DNA from: an uncultured Prevotellaceae bacterium
GTDB lineage: Bacteria; Bacteroidota; Bacteroidia; Bacteroidales; Bacteroidaceae
NCBI GenBank assembly: GCA_946625675.1
Contig: CAMOTI010000155.1
Location: 3,543-67,542, forward strand
Length of the DNA stretch: 64,000 bases
Direction of reading: 5' to 3'
In this document: positions 39,747 through 49,806 of the stretch, one piece after another
Layout of the letters: every line of letters begins with the position of its first letter
How positions within the stretch are numbered: the first letter of the stretch is position 1
Translations under genes and position numbers: made by a program
The notes under the pieces: generated by a model
The model's database searches: none
Seen by the model: only the letters and a program-made list of their open reading frames with translations
Told to the model about the DNA's origin: nothing

Positions 39747-40562
39747 CTATTTCTTTTTCTTCTTTCCTCCCAGCTTCTTCAGCAGTTTCATCGAGTGGTA
39801 TTTGATGCGCATCTGTTTGGCCAGGTAGCTGGGCATGAAGCAGAAATAGAGGTATGAGTAGGCTTTGAACTTGGAGTAGCCGAAGATGCTCTGGTAGACC
39901 TCGGCATTGTATTTGATCAGCGTGTGCTTGCTCCGCGAGATGCTGTTGTCCAGGATGCGGTAGTAGGCCAGCTCGTCGGTGATGCCGTAGGCTATCTTGC
40001 ATTTCTTCAGAATGTTCAGGAACATCGCCCAGTCCTGACGCTTGCGGATGGGGGGCATATAGAACTTGCCGAACTTCGTTGTGTCGTAGATGCCGGTGAG
40101 GCAGCCGATTTTGTTGTCGTGCTTCATGTCCTTCAGCGTCAGCGTGGGGGGCACTTTCACCACGCCCGTCAGTTCCGACTGCTCATTGCAGGTGTAGTAG
40201 CTGCTGTAGCACAGGCAGCAGTCTTTCTCCTGCATGAAGGACAGCTGACGTTCCAGCTTTTCCGGTGCCCAGCAGTCGTCGCTGTCGCAGAAGGCGATAT
40301 AGCGGCCGCGGGCGTGCTTGATGGAGTTGTTGCGGCAGTAGCCGGCTCCGCTGTTCTGATAGAGGAAGAATATCTTGATTTTTTTGTGTTCTGCTGCGTA
40401 GCGCTGAAGGATGGCGCGCGTGTTGTCGCTCGAGTTGTCATCAGTGATAATCAGCTCCCAGTTCGGATAGGTTTGGCTGAGGATGCTTTCTATGCTTTCC
40501 TCAACGAACTTCTCCGAATTGTATGTCGGCATGATGATGGATACGAGCTCTTCTTTGATCAT
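39747..40562 (-). CDS. glycosyltransferase family 2
   Basis: VSIIMPTYNSEKFVEESIESILSQTY, ITDDNSSDNT, and FCDSDD. Confidence 0.88.
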   Translation of the reverse strand: MIKEELVSIIMPTYNSEKFVEESIESILSQTYPNWELIITDDNSSDNTRAILQRYAAEHKKIKIFFLYQNSGAGYCRNNSIKHARGRYIAFCDSDDCWAPEKLERQLSFMQEKDCCLCYSSYYTCNEQSELTGVVKVPPTLTLKDMKHDNKIGCLTGIYDTTKFGKFYMPPIRKRQDWAMFLNILKKCKIAYGITDELAYYRILDNSISRSKHTLIKYNAEVYQSIFGYSKFKAYSYLYFCFMPSYLAKQMRIKYHSMKLLKKLGGKKKKK

Positions 40563-40577
40563 GTTGGTTTGTCTGCT

Positions 40578-41021
40578 TTAGAATTTCTTGAAACTGAGGC
40601 GTAACTCCTCGGTGCTGAGCGTCATCACACGGTGGGTGAGGTGATCGACTTTGAAGGTCTCCGGCTGGTGATTGATGCCGTAAGGACTGAGAACTGACGG
40701 GTCGTCCACGTCCACATTCCCGTTGGTACGGTCGTAGCGCTGCCCTTCAGAGAGTATGAGGGTTCCTTCGGAACGCTGGAACCGGAAGACGTACTCGCGG
40801 TTCGTCGGGTCGTTGTTGTCGCGCACCGTCAGCAGGTCTTTCTGGACGGACCAGAATATGCTGGCGTCTTTAAGATTGTTGACGCCGCCGGTAGTGAGCG
40901 AGTCGATGGTGGTGAGCTTCCAGTAGCCGTCGAGCGCACCGTTATGCGATGTGTCCATCGAACAGCTGGCCAGCACAACCGCTACCATTACAACGGCCAA
41001 ATATGTCAGTTTATTATTCAT
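40578..41021 (-). CDS. small lipocalin-like lipoprotein
   Basis: Lipobox VLASC followed by GALDGYWKLTTIDS, which is typical of lipocalin-like domain proteins in Bacteroidetes. Function unknown. Confidence 0.5.
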   Translation of the reverse strand: MNNKLTYLAVVMVAVVLASCSMDTSHNGALDGYWKLTTIDSLTTGGVNNLKDASIFWSVQKDLLTVRDNNDPTNREYVFRFQRSEGTLILSEGQRYDRTNGNVDVDDPSVLSPYGINHQPETFKVDHLTHRVMTLSTEELRLSFKKF

Positions 41022-41040
41022 GTTTCAAAATTAGTCAATT

Positions 41041-41088
41041 TTTTTCACTTATCCAAATTCTTTTTTCACTATTCACTTTTCACTTTCC
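41041..41088. repeat. TTCACTW word array (7-bp period, degenerate) spanning the methyltransferase stop codon
   Basis: tttttcacttatccaaattcttttttcactattcacttttcactttcc. Confidence 0.7.
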
Positions 41089-41982
41089 TATCTTCTTCTT
41101 CATCCACTTCTTCAGTTTCGCCTTGAACTGTGGCGACACCCACCGCATCATATGTTGCACGATGATGTAAAACCGCCGTTTCGTGTGGTATTTCATCGCG
41201 AATCCGAAACTGTTGAACACCTCCGCGGTTTGTGCCTGCAGTTCGCACACCTCACGTAGGTTCTTGCTGTCGTCATAGAGCGAGGTCGGCACGTCGCCGG
41301 TCTTCGTGATGACGGCGATGACCTCGCCGATGTCGGAGGTCTTCACTTCAATCTTGGAGAATCCATCCAACATCCGGTTGATGTTGTGCCGTTCTGACTT
41401 GTTCCAGATGGTCAGCTCGCCGTTTTCCGTGTCTATGTTATATTGGTGGAATCCGCGGTAGTTCTCGCGTTCTGCCTCGTTGGGGAAGTGCTTCAGGTAG
41501 AGTATCCCGCCCTGTGCCAGACAACGCATACATTCCACGATGCCCTGCACGGGCTGACGGCTGTGGTCCAGCGCATTCTGCACGTGGATGAACGCCACGT
41601 CGCCTTCGGGATAGAAGGCCGAAAGCTGCTCGATGGCGCCGAATTCCACGAGTGGAAAATGCTGTGGGCGTGTCTTGCGGATCACCTTGTTGTAGTAAGC
41701 GGCGAGTGGATCGATACAGTGGAGGTCTATCTCTTTCCCGTGGGCCAGGTTGCCGGTGCAGAAACTGGCGCCTGCTCCCACATCGAGCACTTTGGGACGG
41801 ATCCCATGTGTCTGCTCCCATTCGTCAAGAAAACTCACGATATCGAAGTTTTTCAGCATGATCTCACGCCCATAACGACTCCAGGCATAGAGCCCCTTAC
41901 GGGCACGCTTCACGCCGAACTGACTTCGCCAGAAAGCCTCTTCGTAGGCGATGCCTAATATCCGTTCTTTCAGTGAGTTCAT
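41080..41982 (-). CDS. class I SAM-dependent methyltransferase
   Basis: SAM motif I VLDVGAGASFCTG. Start taken at MNSLKE (41982), which gives an ATGA overlap with the wzi stop. The longer ORF to 42207 is Arg-rich and lies inside wzi. Confidence 0.75.
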   Translation of the reverse strand: MNSLKERILGIAYEEAFWRSQFGVKRARKGLYAWSRYGREIMLKNFDIVSFLDEWEQTHGIRPKVLDVGAGASFCTGNLAHGKEIDLHCIDPLAAYYNKVIRKTRPQHFPLVEFGAIEQLSAFYPEGDVAFIHVQNALDHSRQPVQGIVECMRCLAQGGILYLKHFPNEAERENYRGFHQYNIDTENGELTIWNKSERHNINRMLDGFSKIEVKTSDIGEVIAVITKTGDVPTSLYDDSKNLREVCELQAQTAEVFNSFGFAMKYHTKRRFYIIVQHMMRWVSPQFKAKLKKWMKKKIGK

Positions 41983-43571
41983 TTCTTCCTCCGTTTTCCG
42001 CCGGTCAGCAGTCCTTGCTTCCTGACTGACACGTTCACTCCGAAGTTGTCGCCGATGATGTCGCCGATGTCGAGGCCTACACCCACCGTGGCGGACCATC
42101 CGCGCAGACGGGTGGACAGCGGGCTGTATGTTCCTTCGGCGAGGAAGTTCAGCTGGTGCTCCTTCTGGGAGAACGGTTTCCGGTAGGTGCCGAGGCCTTC
42201 CTCCCATGTGCCGAGCAGACGGTAGCTGATTTCCTTGGTGGGCTGGCCGCCGATGCCGATGTGGAAGGCCATGAACCGGTTGTTCATGAAGCTCACCTCA
42301 CCGTTTTCGTTGAAGATGGGGGAGTAGAACAGGGGATTGCCGATGGCCTCGCCCCAGTGCTCCCAGCCGGGATAGATATGGTGGTTGTAGTAGTTGTCGT
42401 TGCCGCCGATGTGGTCGGACCGCCCTTTGTTGTGGTCGTGGTAGACGGGACCGCTCTGGTATTTCGTGTAGAGATATTCCACGACGAGATTCCTGAACCA
42501 TGTGCCGTCCTTCTGTTCATATTCCAGTCCCAGAAGCATGTCCTTGAAGTCGTAAAGCAAATATTTCCGGCGACTTTTCGAATTCCAGTTCTCACCGCTC
42601 CCGTAGCCGTCGTAGTCCACTTGGAACATGCCCGACTGGTCCTCGAAGTATTTCTCGAAGTAGATGGCGCCTTGCCAGTATTTCTTGTCGCAACTCAGAC
42701 GCAGCAGGTAGCTGCCCAGGTTGTTGCCCTCGGTGTTCTCGAAGGCGGTACCCTGTTCCTGAACCTCACCGCCACCGGGTACAAACGCATGCCAGAAGGC
42801 GGAGAAGCCCTTGCTGTTCTTGATTTTGTTCAAACCTCCTTCGTTGTTAGGCGTGTAGGTGGTGCCTCCGAACTGACAGGCCATCTGCAGACCAGCCTCA
42901 AAAGAGAGGGGGTAGTCGTAGTCGTCGTGGTGGATGCGCAGATAGCCGGCCTTGCTGTGGAAGAGGGCGTTGTCCGTATAGCGGTGGGTGCGGTGGGTGA
43001 AGTCGTGCTGCCAGTTCTTGTCGGTCATCATGCCGTAGGCGATATGGCCTTTCAGCTGAAGCCATCCTTTGGTGTAGGGGATGGTCCACCAGTCTTTCAG
43101 CTCCAGACGCACCTGTGGTACGGGGCGGGCGTTGATGCCGTGGGTCAGACCGCCACTGCTGAAACGACCGTCTTTCATCTCCAGCGGCCGCTCTTTGGCT
43201 CCGATGGTCAGCAAGCCTTTCTTCCACGCGATGTCGGCGTAGAGCTGCTGGATGATGAGGGTGGATGCGTGGTTAGCTGCCACTGCGATGTCGGCTCCGT
43301 AGCCATAGCGCCACTGATAGAGCGAGTCGGCGCTGTAAGGGCGGAACACGCCACCGCGAAGGTAGCCCGAGTTCGTCTCGCCCGAGGCGATGCCATGGCG
43401 GTTGGAGTGCAGCCACAGGGCGGAATGGTCACCACCGCCCACGGTCCCGCTCAGCGTCGCGTCGTAGCTTATGTCGCTGAACAGACGGTTGTCAACGCTG
43501 TCGCGAAGCGCCTGGCCGCGCATGCCGCTGGTCAGCAGGGATAGGGTAGCAAATAGTATAAATTTTCTCAT
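41979..43571 (-). CDS. capsule assembly Wzi family outer-membrane protein
   Basis: 530 aa with a signal peptide and beta-barrel-like composition. The N-terminal region (LWLHSNRHGIASGETNSGYLRGG...) matches my memory of the Wzi family. Confidence 0.7.
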   Translation of the reverse strand: MRKFILFATLSLLTSGMRGQALRDSVDNRLFSDISYDATLSGTVGGGDHSALWLHSNRHGIASGETNSGYLRGGVFRPYSADSLYQWRYGYGADIAVAANHASTLIIQQLYADIAWKKGLLTIGAKERPLEMKDGRFSSGGLTHGINARPVPQVRLELKDWWTIPYTKGWLQLKGHIAYGMMTDKNWQHDFTHRTHRYTDNALFHSKAGYLRIHHDDYDYPLSFEAGLQMACQFGGTTYTPNNEGGLNKIKNSKGFSAFWHAFVPGGGEVQEQGTAFENTEGNNLGSYLLRLSCDKKYWQGAIYFEKYFEDQSGMFQVDYDGYGSGENWNSKSRRKYLLYDFKDMLLGLEYEQKDGTWFRNLVVEYLYTKYQSGPVYHDHNKGRSDHIGGNDNYYNHHIYPGWEHWGEAIGNPLFYSPIFNENGEVSFMNNRFMAFHIGIGGQPTKEISYRLLGTWEEGLGTYRKPFSQKEHQLNFLAEGTYSPLSTRLRGWSATVGVGLDIGDIIGDNFGVNVSVRKQGLLTGGKRRKK

Positions 43572-43593
43572 ATATGCAGCGCGTTATTTGGTG

Positions 43594-43674
43594 TTCGGAT
43601 TTCCGGAATCTCCGGATTTTCCAGATATTCCTGACTTTACGAACTTTTCGGATTTTCTCAGCTTTTCTTCTTTC
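43594..43674. repeat. degenerate 9-bp word array (YCSGAWTTT), 9 units, running into the last codons of yraN
   Basis: ttcggattt|ccggaatct|ccggatttt|ccagatatt|cctgacttt|acgaacttt|tcggatttt|ctcagcttt|tcttctttc. Confidence 0.88.
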
Positions 43675-44056
43675 TCCGGCTGGAATAGCCGTAATCGGTC
43701 ATGTTGTTGTGGACATCGGGAATCATGTGGAGGTCGTAGTCCGTCTCGGATCGGAATACGATGCCTATCGCGTCGATATGCGTGTCGTAGGTGTGCCCGT
43801 AAAAGCGCTTGTATTGCAGTGCGGCACGTCCCACGTGGCGGATCTTCTCCATGTTCACGGCCTGAAGCGGGGCGGCGAAGGTGGTGGTGCGGGTCTTCAC
43901 TTCCACGAAGTGCAGGGCATTGTCCTTAAATGCCACGATGTCTATCTCGCACCCTCCTTTCAGTCGCCAGTTGCGGTGGAGCAGACGGTAGCCCGAATGC
44001 ATCAGATAGTTCGCGGCGAGTTCCTCGCCTATTTCACCCAGCTCCTTGTTTGTCAT
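43658..44056 (-). CDS. yraN: YraN family (UPF0102) endonuclease-like protein
   Basis: 132 aa. GEIGEELAANYLMHSGYRLLHRNWR...GCEIDIVAFKDNALHFVEVKTR is typical of YraN. Confidence 0.85.
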   Translation of the reverse strand: MTNKELGEIGEELAANYLMHSGYRLLHRNWRLKGGCEIDIVAFKDNALHFVEVKTRTTTFAAPLQAVNMEKIRHVGRAALQYKRFYGHTYDTHIDAIGIVFRSETDYDLHMIPDVHNNMTDYGYSSRRKKKS

Positions 44057-44144
44057 GACGTTCTAAAATAGTTGTTGATCTCTTTTATTTCTACTTCAGA
44101 AACTTGAGAAATATAATAAAATAACCAAATAAATAGTTAATTGC

Positions 44145-44255
44145 AAATGTCAATTTGTTCGTCACCTTTGCAAATGGCCAAATAACAAAATAATCAAATA
44201 AATAGTAAATCGTAAATGTCAATTTGTTCGTCACCTTTGCAAATGGCCAAATAAC
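44145..44255. repeat. 2 x 69-bp tandem repeat in the rny-yraN spacer
   Basis: AAATGTCAATTTGTTCGTCACCTTTGCAAATGGCCAAATAAC occurs at 44145-44186 and 44214-44255. The copies are linked by AAATAAATAGTAAATCGT words. Confidence 0.88.
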
Positions 44256-44280
44256 TAAATATCCAAATAAATAGTAAATA

Positions 44281-44358
44281 GGAAAACTTTGGAGCAGCGA
44301 ATACAGAGCCAAGCTTGCTTGAGCTATGTTGAGTCGTGACAAAGTTCATGAAATAAAT
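44281..44358 (+). repeat. 78-bp dispersed element, copy A
   Basis: ggaaaactttggagcagcgaatacagagccaagcttgcttgagctatgttgagtcgtgacaaagttcatgaaataaat. It lies downstream of the rny stop. Confidence 0.92.
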
Positions 44359-44429
44359 AGTCAATCGTAAATAATAAAAATCCCTTTCCCAACCTTCCAC
44401 AAGGCAGGGGAAAGGGATTTATTTGCTAT

Positions 44430-45968
<1,539 letters not shown>

Positions 45969-46086
45969 TTTTATAAGAATTAGTTGTTAATATTTAAAGT
46001 GTTATAAAATAAATTACGCACAATAACCACATCCGTCTCAAGGCGGATGAGTCAATGTGCGTGAAATGTTTTTTTCCGAAAATTGA

Positions 46087-46105
46087 TGCGGGAATGACTC
46101 CCGCA
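46087..46105 (-). terminator. weak hairpin between zapA and rny (possible partial terminator or processing site)
   Basis: 7-bp stem TGCGGGA / TCCCGCA. On the minus strand it is followed by TCAATTTTCGG. Confidence 0.3.
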
Positions 46106-46115
46106 ATCCGGGCTT

Positions 46116-46409
46116 TTATTCGCCCAACGCGTCGGCTATTTCCTTGCTGAGCTCAGAGATGGATTTCTTGTAGGGCTCAACACTCGTGTTGTTGGATATG
46201 CTTACCCCTTTCGTGGCAAGCTCCAACATGACGATGGCTGTATAGTATTTCTCGGAAGGAACAGTAGGGTATTTCTGCTTTACGCTCAGTATACGCTTGT
46301 TGATATGCGAGGCGGCGTCACGATAGAGCTTCTCTTCGTCGGCACTGCCCACGGCCATGGGGAGTTCCACGCCGTCTATGCGTATGCGTATTTTCTGTCT
46401 CTGTTCCAT
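46116..46409 (-). CDS. zapA: cell division protein ZapA
   Basis: 97 aa. IRIRIDGVELPMAVGSADEEKLYRDAASHINKRI is typical of ZapA. It sits upstream of rny, an arrangement common in Bacteroidetes. Confidence 0.85.
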   Translation of the reverse strand: MEQRQKIRIRIDGVELPMAVGSADEEKLYRDAASHINKRILSVKQKYPTVPSEKYYTAIVMLELATKGVSISNNTSVEPYKKSISELSKEIADALGE

Positions 46410-46456
46410 AGGAGTATGGCTTTGAAGGGTGAGTGTGAAAACGAAAAACTATCCCG

Positions 46457-47230
46457 TCATTTCTTTGTGGACGGCTCTTCGTCGGAGAATAGCGGCAGCA
46501 TCCCGAAGTCGGCCCACAGGTCGGGCTCGTTTGCCTTGGGGGAGGCAGGGGATTCCAGTTCCATCGTCAGCGGCTCCGGTTGAGTCTCTGCCGGCTTTGC
46601 TGAATCTGATGGCTGCTCTGGACTTTCCTGCTGTTTCGGTTTCTCCGGTTGTTTCGGTTTCTCCGGTTGTTTCGGCTTCTCCGAATTTTCCGAATTTTCC
46701 GGTTTTTCCGGTTTCTCCGGGCTTTCCGGCTTCTCCGGCTGTTCCAGCTTCTCCGAATTTTCAGGCTGTTCCAGCTTCTCTGGTTTATCCTGTTTTTCGG
46801 GCTTTTCCGGCCTTTCCGGTTTTTCCGGATTTTCCGCGTTTTCCGGTTTCTCCAGATTTTCCGGTTTCTCCAGGCTTTCTGGAATCTCCGGACTTTCCGG
46901 TATCTCCGGCTTCTCGGAAGCGTCTATGTCACCCATTTCGGCACTTAATAGCCTAATGCATTTGTTTACTTCACGCACTAAGCGAGTGATGCGGAGGCGC
47001 CCAGAACGAAGGTCTGTGTCGCTCACCTCTATCATTCGCGCTAGTTTCAGGTTGGAATAGGCTCGCTCTCTCGAACGCAACTCGGACTGCAGACGCTCTA
47101 TCTCCTCTTCTTTTGAAGACAAGAGCACACGAAGGTCCGTCAACTCACTCTGCTGCTTGCGGTAGGCTTTCAGCAACTGGCGGACATCGCTTTCAAACGA
47201 ACGTAACTGTTGCAGGTCGGATGCATCCAT
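46457..47230 (-). CDS. coiled-coil protein with a long PEKPE-type acidic proline repeat (possible ZapB-like partner; function unknown)
   Basis: The N-terminal ~100 aa are heptad-like (LTDLRVLLSSKEEEIERLQSELRSRE). A repeat tract of about 110 aa follows (EKPEIPESPEIPES...PEKPKQPEKPKQPEKPKQ). The conserved-looking end reads DLWADFGMLPLFSDEE. Confidence 0.6.
   Translation of the reverse strand: MDASDLQQLRSFESDVRQLLKAYRKQQSELTDLRVLLSSKEEEIERLQSELRSRERAYSNLKLARMIEVSDTDLRSGRLRITRLVREVNKCIRLLSAEMGDIDASEKPEIPESPEIPESLEKPENLEKPENAENPEKPERPEKPEKQDKPEKLEQPENSEKLEQPEKPESPEKPEKPENSENSEKPKQPEKPKQPEKPKQQESPEQPSDSAKPAETQPEPLTMELESPASPKANEPDLWADFGMLPLFSDEEPSTKK
46628..46916 (-). repeat. coding tandem repeat (9/15/18-bp units built on CCGGAGAAR/CCGGAAAAR) inside CDS 46457-47230
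   Basis: The + strand shows ggtttctccggttgtttcggtttctccggttgtttcgg...ccggtttttccggtttctccgg. This is translated as the PEKPE/PEKPKQ repeats. Confidence 0.9.
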
Positions 47231-47246
47231 CGAGTGGGGGGCTTTC

Positions 47247-47897
47247 CTATTTTTTGTTCATCATGTCCTTGGCCTTCGCCATGTCTTCCTTCGAAGGCTT
47301 CTCACGCTTGGCCAAAACAATGAAGTTGTATACGTATTCCACGGTCCATGGCTCGCTGAATCCCAGCGTCTGCTGGTAGCGGCGGACGGAGTAGGCTGAC
47401 TTGCGCTGGGCCTCGTCCTTCCATGTCTCTTTCGTCAGAACGTCATGCACGGTGCTCGTCACCATGGTTTTCATCGCTTTCTTCAGGAACGAAGGAATGC
47501 GGAAACGCCATTTCAGCATCGTGCCTACGAGCATCACCAGTTCCTGGGAATAACCCTGGAACATCACCATGTAGCTCTGAACGTCTGTAATCTTTTTGCA
47601 GCGTTTCTTCACGCTGGAGTCTATCTCGTTGAAGAATGAGTCGTCTATCTGGTAAAGGTCCTGCATCAGCTGCTTGCAGGCTTTCTTCTCGCCAACGCCA
47701 AGCTTGTTGTTCACCGTAGCCACTTTCAGACTACGCTTGAAGGCAAGCAGGTCGGGAAGCATGCCGATGTTGGAGATGCCCACCTGAGCGGCTATGGCGC
47801 TCTGGAAGTAGACGCGGATAAGCGTCATGAAGTCCTCCATGCCGCCTACCTTCTTCTCCTCTTTCTTCTTACCGAATAATCTTGAAAAAAATCCCAT
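47247..47897 (-). CDS. hypothetical protein
   Basis: 216-aa ORF with normal composition. It is co-directional with the zapA cluster and tightly spaced (16 nt). I recognise no motif. Confidence 0.5.
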   Translation of the reverse strand: MGFFSRLFGKKKEEKKVGGMEDFMTLIRVYFQSAIAAQVGISNIGMLPDLLAFKRSLKVATVNNKLGVGEKKACKQLMQDLYQIDDSFFNEIDSSVKKRCKKITDVQSYMVMFQGYSQELVMLVGTMLKWRFRIPSFLKKAMKTMVTSTVHDVLTKETWKDEAQRKSAYSVRRYQQTLGFSEPWTVEYVYNFIVLAKREKPSKEDMAKAKDMMNKK

Positions 47898-47992
47898 TTT
47901 GTCGTTTATATTGTTTCAATTATGCAAAGGTAAGCATTTTTATTGAATTTGCCAAAATTTTATATGTTTACTTCAACTCGGCAAGCCTATTT

Positions 47993-48031
47993 TGCCCACT
48001 CTGCCCATTTTACCCATTCTGCCCATTCTGC
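47993..48031. repeat. degenerate 9-bp word array (TGCCCATTC), 4 units, abutting the MBOAT stop
   Basis: tgcccactc|tgcccattt|tacccattc|tgcccattc|tgc. Confidence 0.88.
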
Positions 48032-48032
48032 A

Positions 48033-49577
48033 TTAAAAATCAAAATAAATGAATGGCTGTACGTCGGCGGTCTTCATCTGGATGACGATGTAGATCACGA
48101 CAACAAGTAGCAAGGCCTGGCTCACAAGCGGCATACGAGTGATGACGGCTGTCGTCTTGTCGCTCACCTTGGCTGGAAGCAGATGGCTCACGAAACCTGC
48201 CAGCACGAGCAGACCCACTGCCCAGTAGCCCACAACCCACTGGGTGAACACCTGGGGAGAGAAGTTCTCGAATATCTGTGTGAGCATCATCGTGCCGCTT
48301 TCGAAACTCGTCGACCGGAAGTAGACGAGCGAGAACATGAAGACGTGGAACGTGATGAGTTGGCGCGTCAGGCCGGTGAGGCCGCCCTTGCGGTTCATTA
48401 AGTGGTAGGCGGGGTTTTTCTTGCGCCGCCAGTCCATGTACAGTTTCTCAATCACGAGCATCAGGCCCTGGAACACGCCCCACAGCAGGAAGTTCAAGCC
48501 GGCTCCGTGCCAGAAGCCGCCCACCACCATCACCATGCCCACGTTGAAGCACTGGCGGAACAGGCCGTGGCGGTTGCCGCCAAGCGAGATGTACACGTAG
48601 TCACGAAGCCAGAATGAAAGGCTGATGTGCCAGCGACGCCAGAATTCTGTCACACTCTGGGACTTGTAGGGAGCATCGAAGTTCTTGGGGAACGTGAAGC
48701 CCAGCATCAAGGCGATACCGATGGCCATGTCGCTGTAGCCGGAGAAGTCGCAGTACAGCTGGATGCAGTAGGCATAAAGGCCCAGGAGGTTCTCAACACC
48801 GGAATAGAGGTCGGGCTGCTCGAACACGCGGTCCACGAAGTTCACGCTGATGTAGTCGGCTATCACGGCTTTCTTCAGCAATCCGGCCAGAATCAGGAAC
48901 AAGGCGCGGCCGAACATCTGCTTCGACACGAACAACGGCTTGCGGATCTGGGGAATGAAATCCTTTGCGCGGACTATAGGGCCGGCCACCAGCTGGGGGA
49001 AGAACGACACGAAGAACGCATAGTCCAGGAAATTGGTCAACGGCTTCATTTTGCCCCGGTAGGTGTCGAAAGTGTAGCTCAACGACTGGAACGTGAAGAA
49101 CGACACGCCGACAGGCAGGATGATGTCCAGTTTCTCCCAATGACCGCCCACGAGGTCGGCCCAGGTCTGACCGAAGAAGTTCGTGTATTTGAAGTAGATG
49201 AGGATGCCGAGGTCAATGGCAAGGCTCAATCCTAATAGCAAGCGGTTGAGAGGCAGTTTACGTTTCCGCACCTGCTCTTCCGTTATCAGACCTGCACGCA
49301 CGTTGTTGCGGTAGATCAGGTAGGCCAGCAGGAAGTCTGCCAGCGACACAATCAGCAGCAGGTAGAAATAGTAGCCGCTGCTCTTATAGTAGAAGTAGTA
49401 GGAGAAGAGTGTGACGAACAGCAAGCGCATCGTCGTCGTCTTGTCCTTGCCTAACAGGTTGTATATGAGTGTGAATCCGAGAAACAGGAACAGGAAGATG
49501 CCTGTCGAGAATATCATCGGATTATGCGGATCGTAGGCTAACTGATCCAGCACTGATTGCCAGTTGATGTCAAACAT
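48033..49577 (-). CDS. MBOAT family O-acyltransferase (AlgI/PatA/DltB-like)
   Basis: 514 aa, polytopic. Contains the signature TEFWRRWHISLSFWLRDYVYISLGGNR with the catalytic His region. Confidence 0.9.
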   Translation of the reverse strand: MFDINWQSVLDQLAYDPHNPMIFSTGIFLFLFLGFTLIYNLLGKDKTTTMRLLFVTLFSYYFYYKSSGYYFYLLLIVSLADFLLAYLIYRNNVRAGLITEEQVRKRKLPLNRLLLGLSLAIDLGILIYFKYTNFFGQTWADLVGGHWEKLDIILPVGVSFFTFQSLSYTFDTYRGKMKPLTNFLDYAFFVSFFPQLVAGPIVRAKDFIPQIRKPLFVSKQMFGRALFLILAGLLKKAVIADYISVNFVDRVFEQPDLYSGVENLLGLYAYCIQLYCDFSGYSDMAIGIALMLGFTFPKNFDAPYKSQSVTEFWRRWHISLSFWLRDYVYISLGGNRHGLFRQCFNVGMVMVVGGFWHGAGLNFLLWGVFQGLMLVIEKLYMDWRRKKNPAYHLMNRKGGLTGLTRQLITFHVFMFSLVYFRSTSFESGTMMLTQIFENFSPQVFTQWVVGYWAVGLLVLAGFVSHLLPAKVSDKTTAVITRMPLVSQALLLVVVIYIVIQMKTADVQPFIYFDF

Positions 49578-49720
49578 ATGTATATTCAGTGTGGAAATTA
49601 TGCTATTCCCATATTATATATTATCAAATAATATCATTTTTTTTCTATGCCGTCCTGTTTTCTGCCGGGCGAAAAATGGCAAAATAACAAAATATCCAAA
49701 TAAATCGTAAATAGTAAATA

Positions 49721-49798
49721 GGAAAACTTTGGAACAGCGAACACAGAGCCAAGCTTGCTTGAGCTATGTTGAGTCGTGACAAAGTTCATGAAATAAAT
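49721..49798 (+). repeat. 78-bp dispersed element, copy B
   Basis: Same 78-mer as 44281-44358 with 2 substitutions by eye. It ends 8 nt from the SGNH gene stop and lies in the SGNH-MBOAT spacer. Confidence 0.92.
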
Positions 49799-49806
49799 CG
49801 TAAATC

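Noticed and set aside
41983-42207. N-terminal extension of the methyltransferase ORF (375-aa version)
   Set aside because: The extension is Arg/Pro/His-rich, lies entirely inside the wzi coding region in another frame, and precedes a clean MNSLKE start that forms an ATGA overlap with the wzi stop.
44281-44358. Confidently calling the 78-bp element a MITE or mobile element
   Set aside because: The terminal inverted repeat is only about 7 bp. There is no clear target-site duplication distinct from the surrounding word arrays, and no transposase in the window. I reported it as a dispersed repeat of unknown nature instead.
44091-44400. Small ORFs (83 aa and 68 aa) in the rny-yraN spacer
   Set aside because: They are read straight through tandem and dispersed repeats (peptide words such as YLFGYLVIWPFAKVTNKLTF are duplicated). 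The same 78-bp core elsewhere is not in any consistent frame. These are repeat artefacts, not genes.
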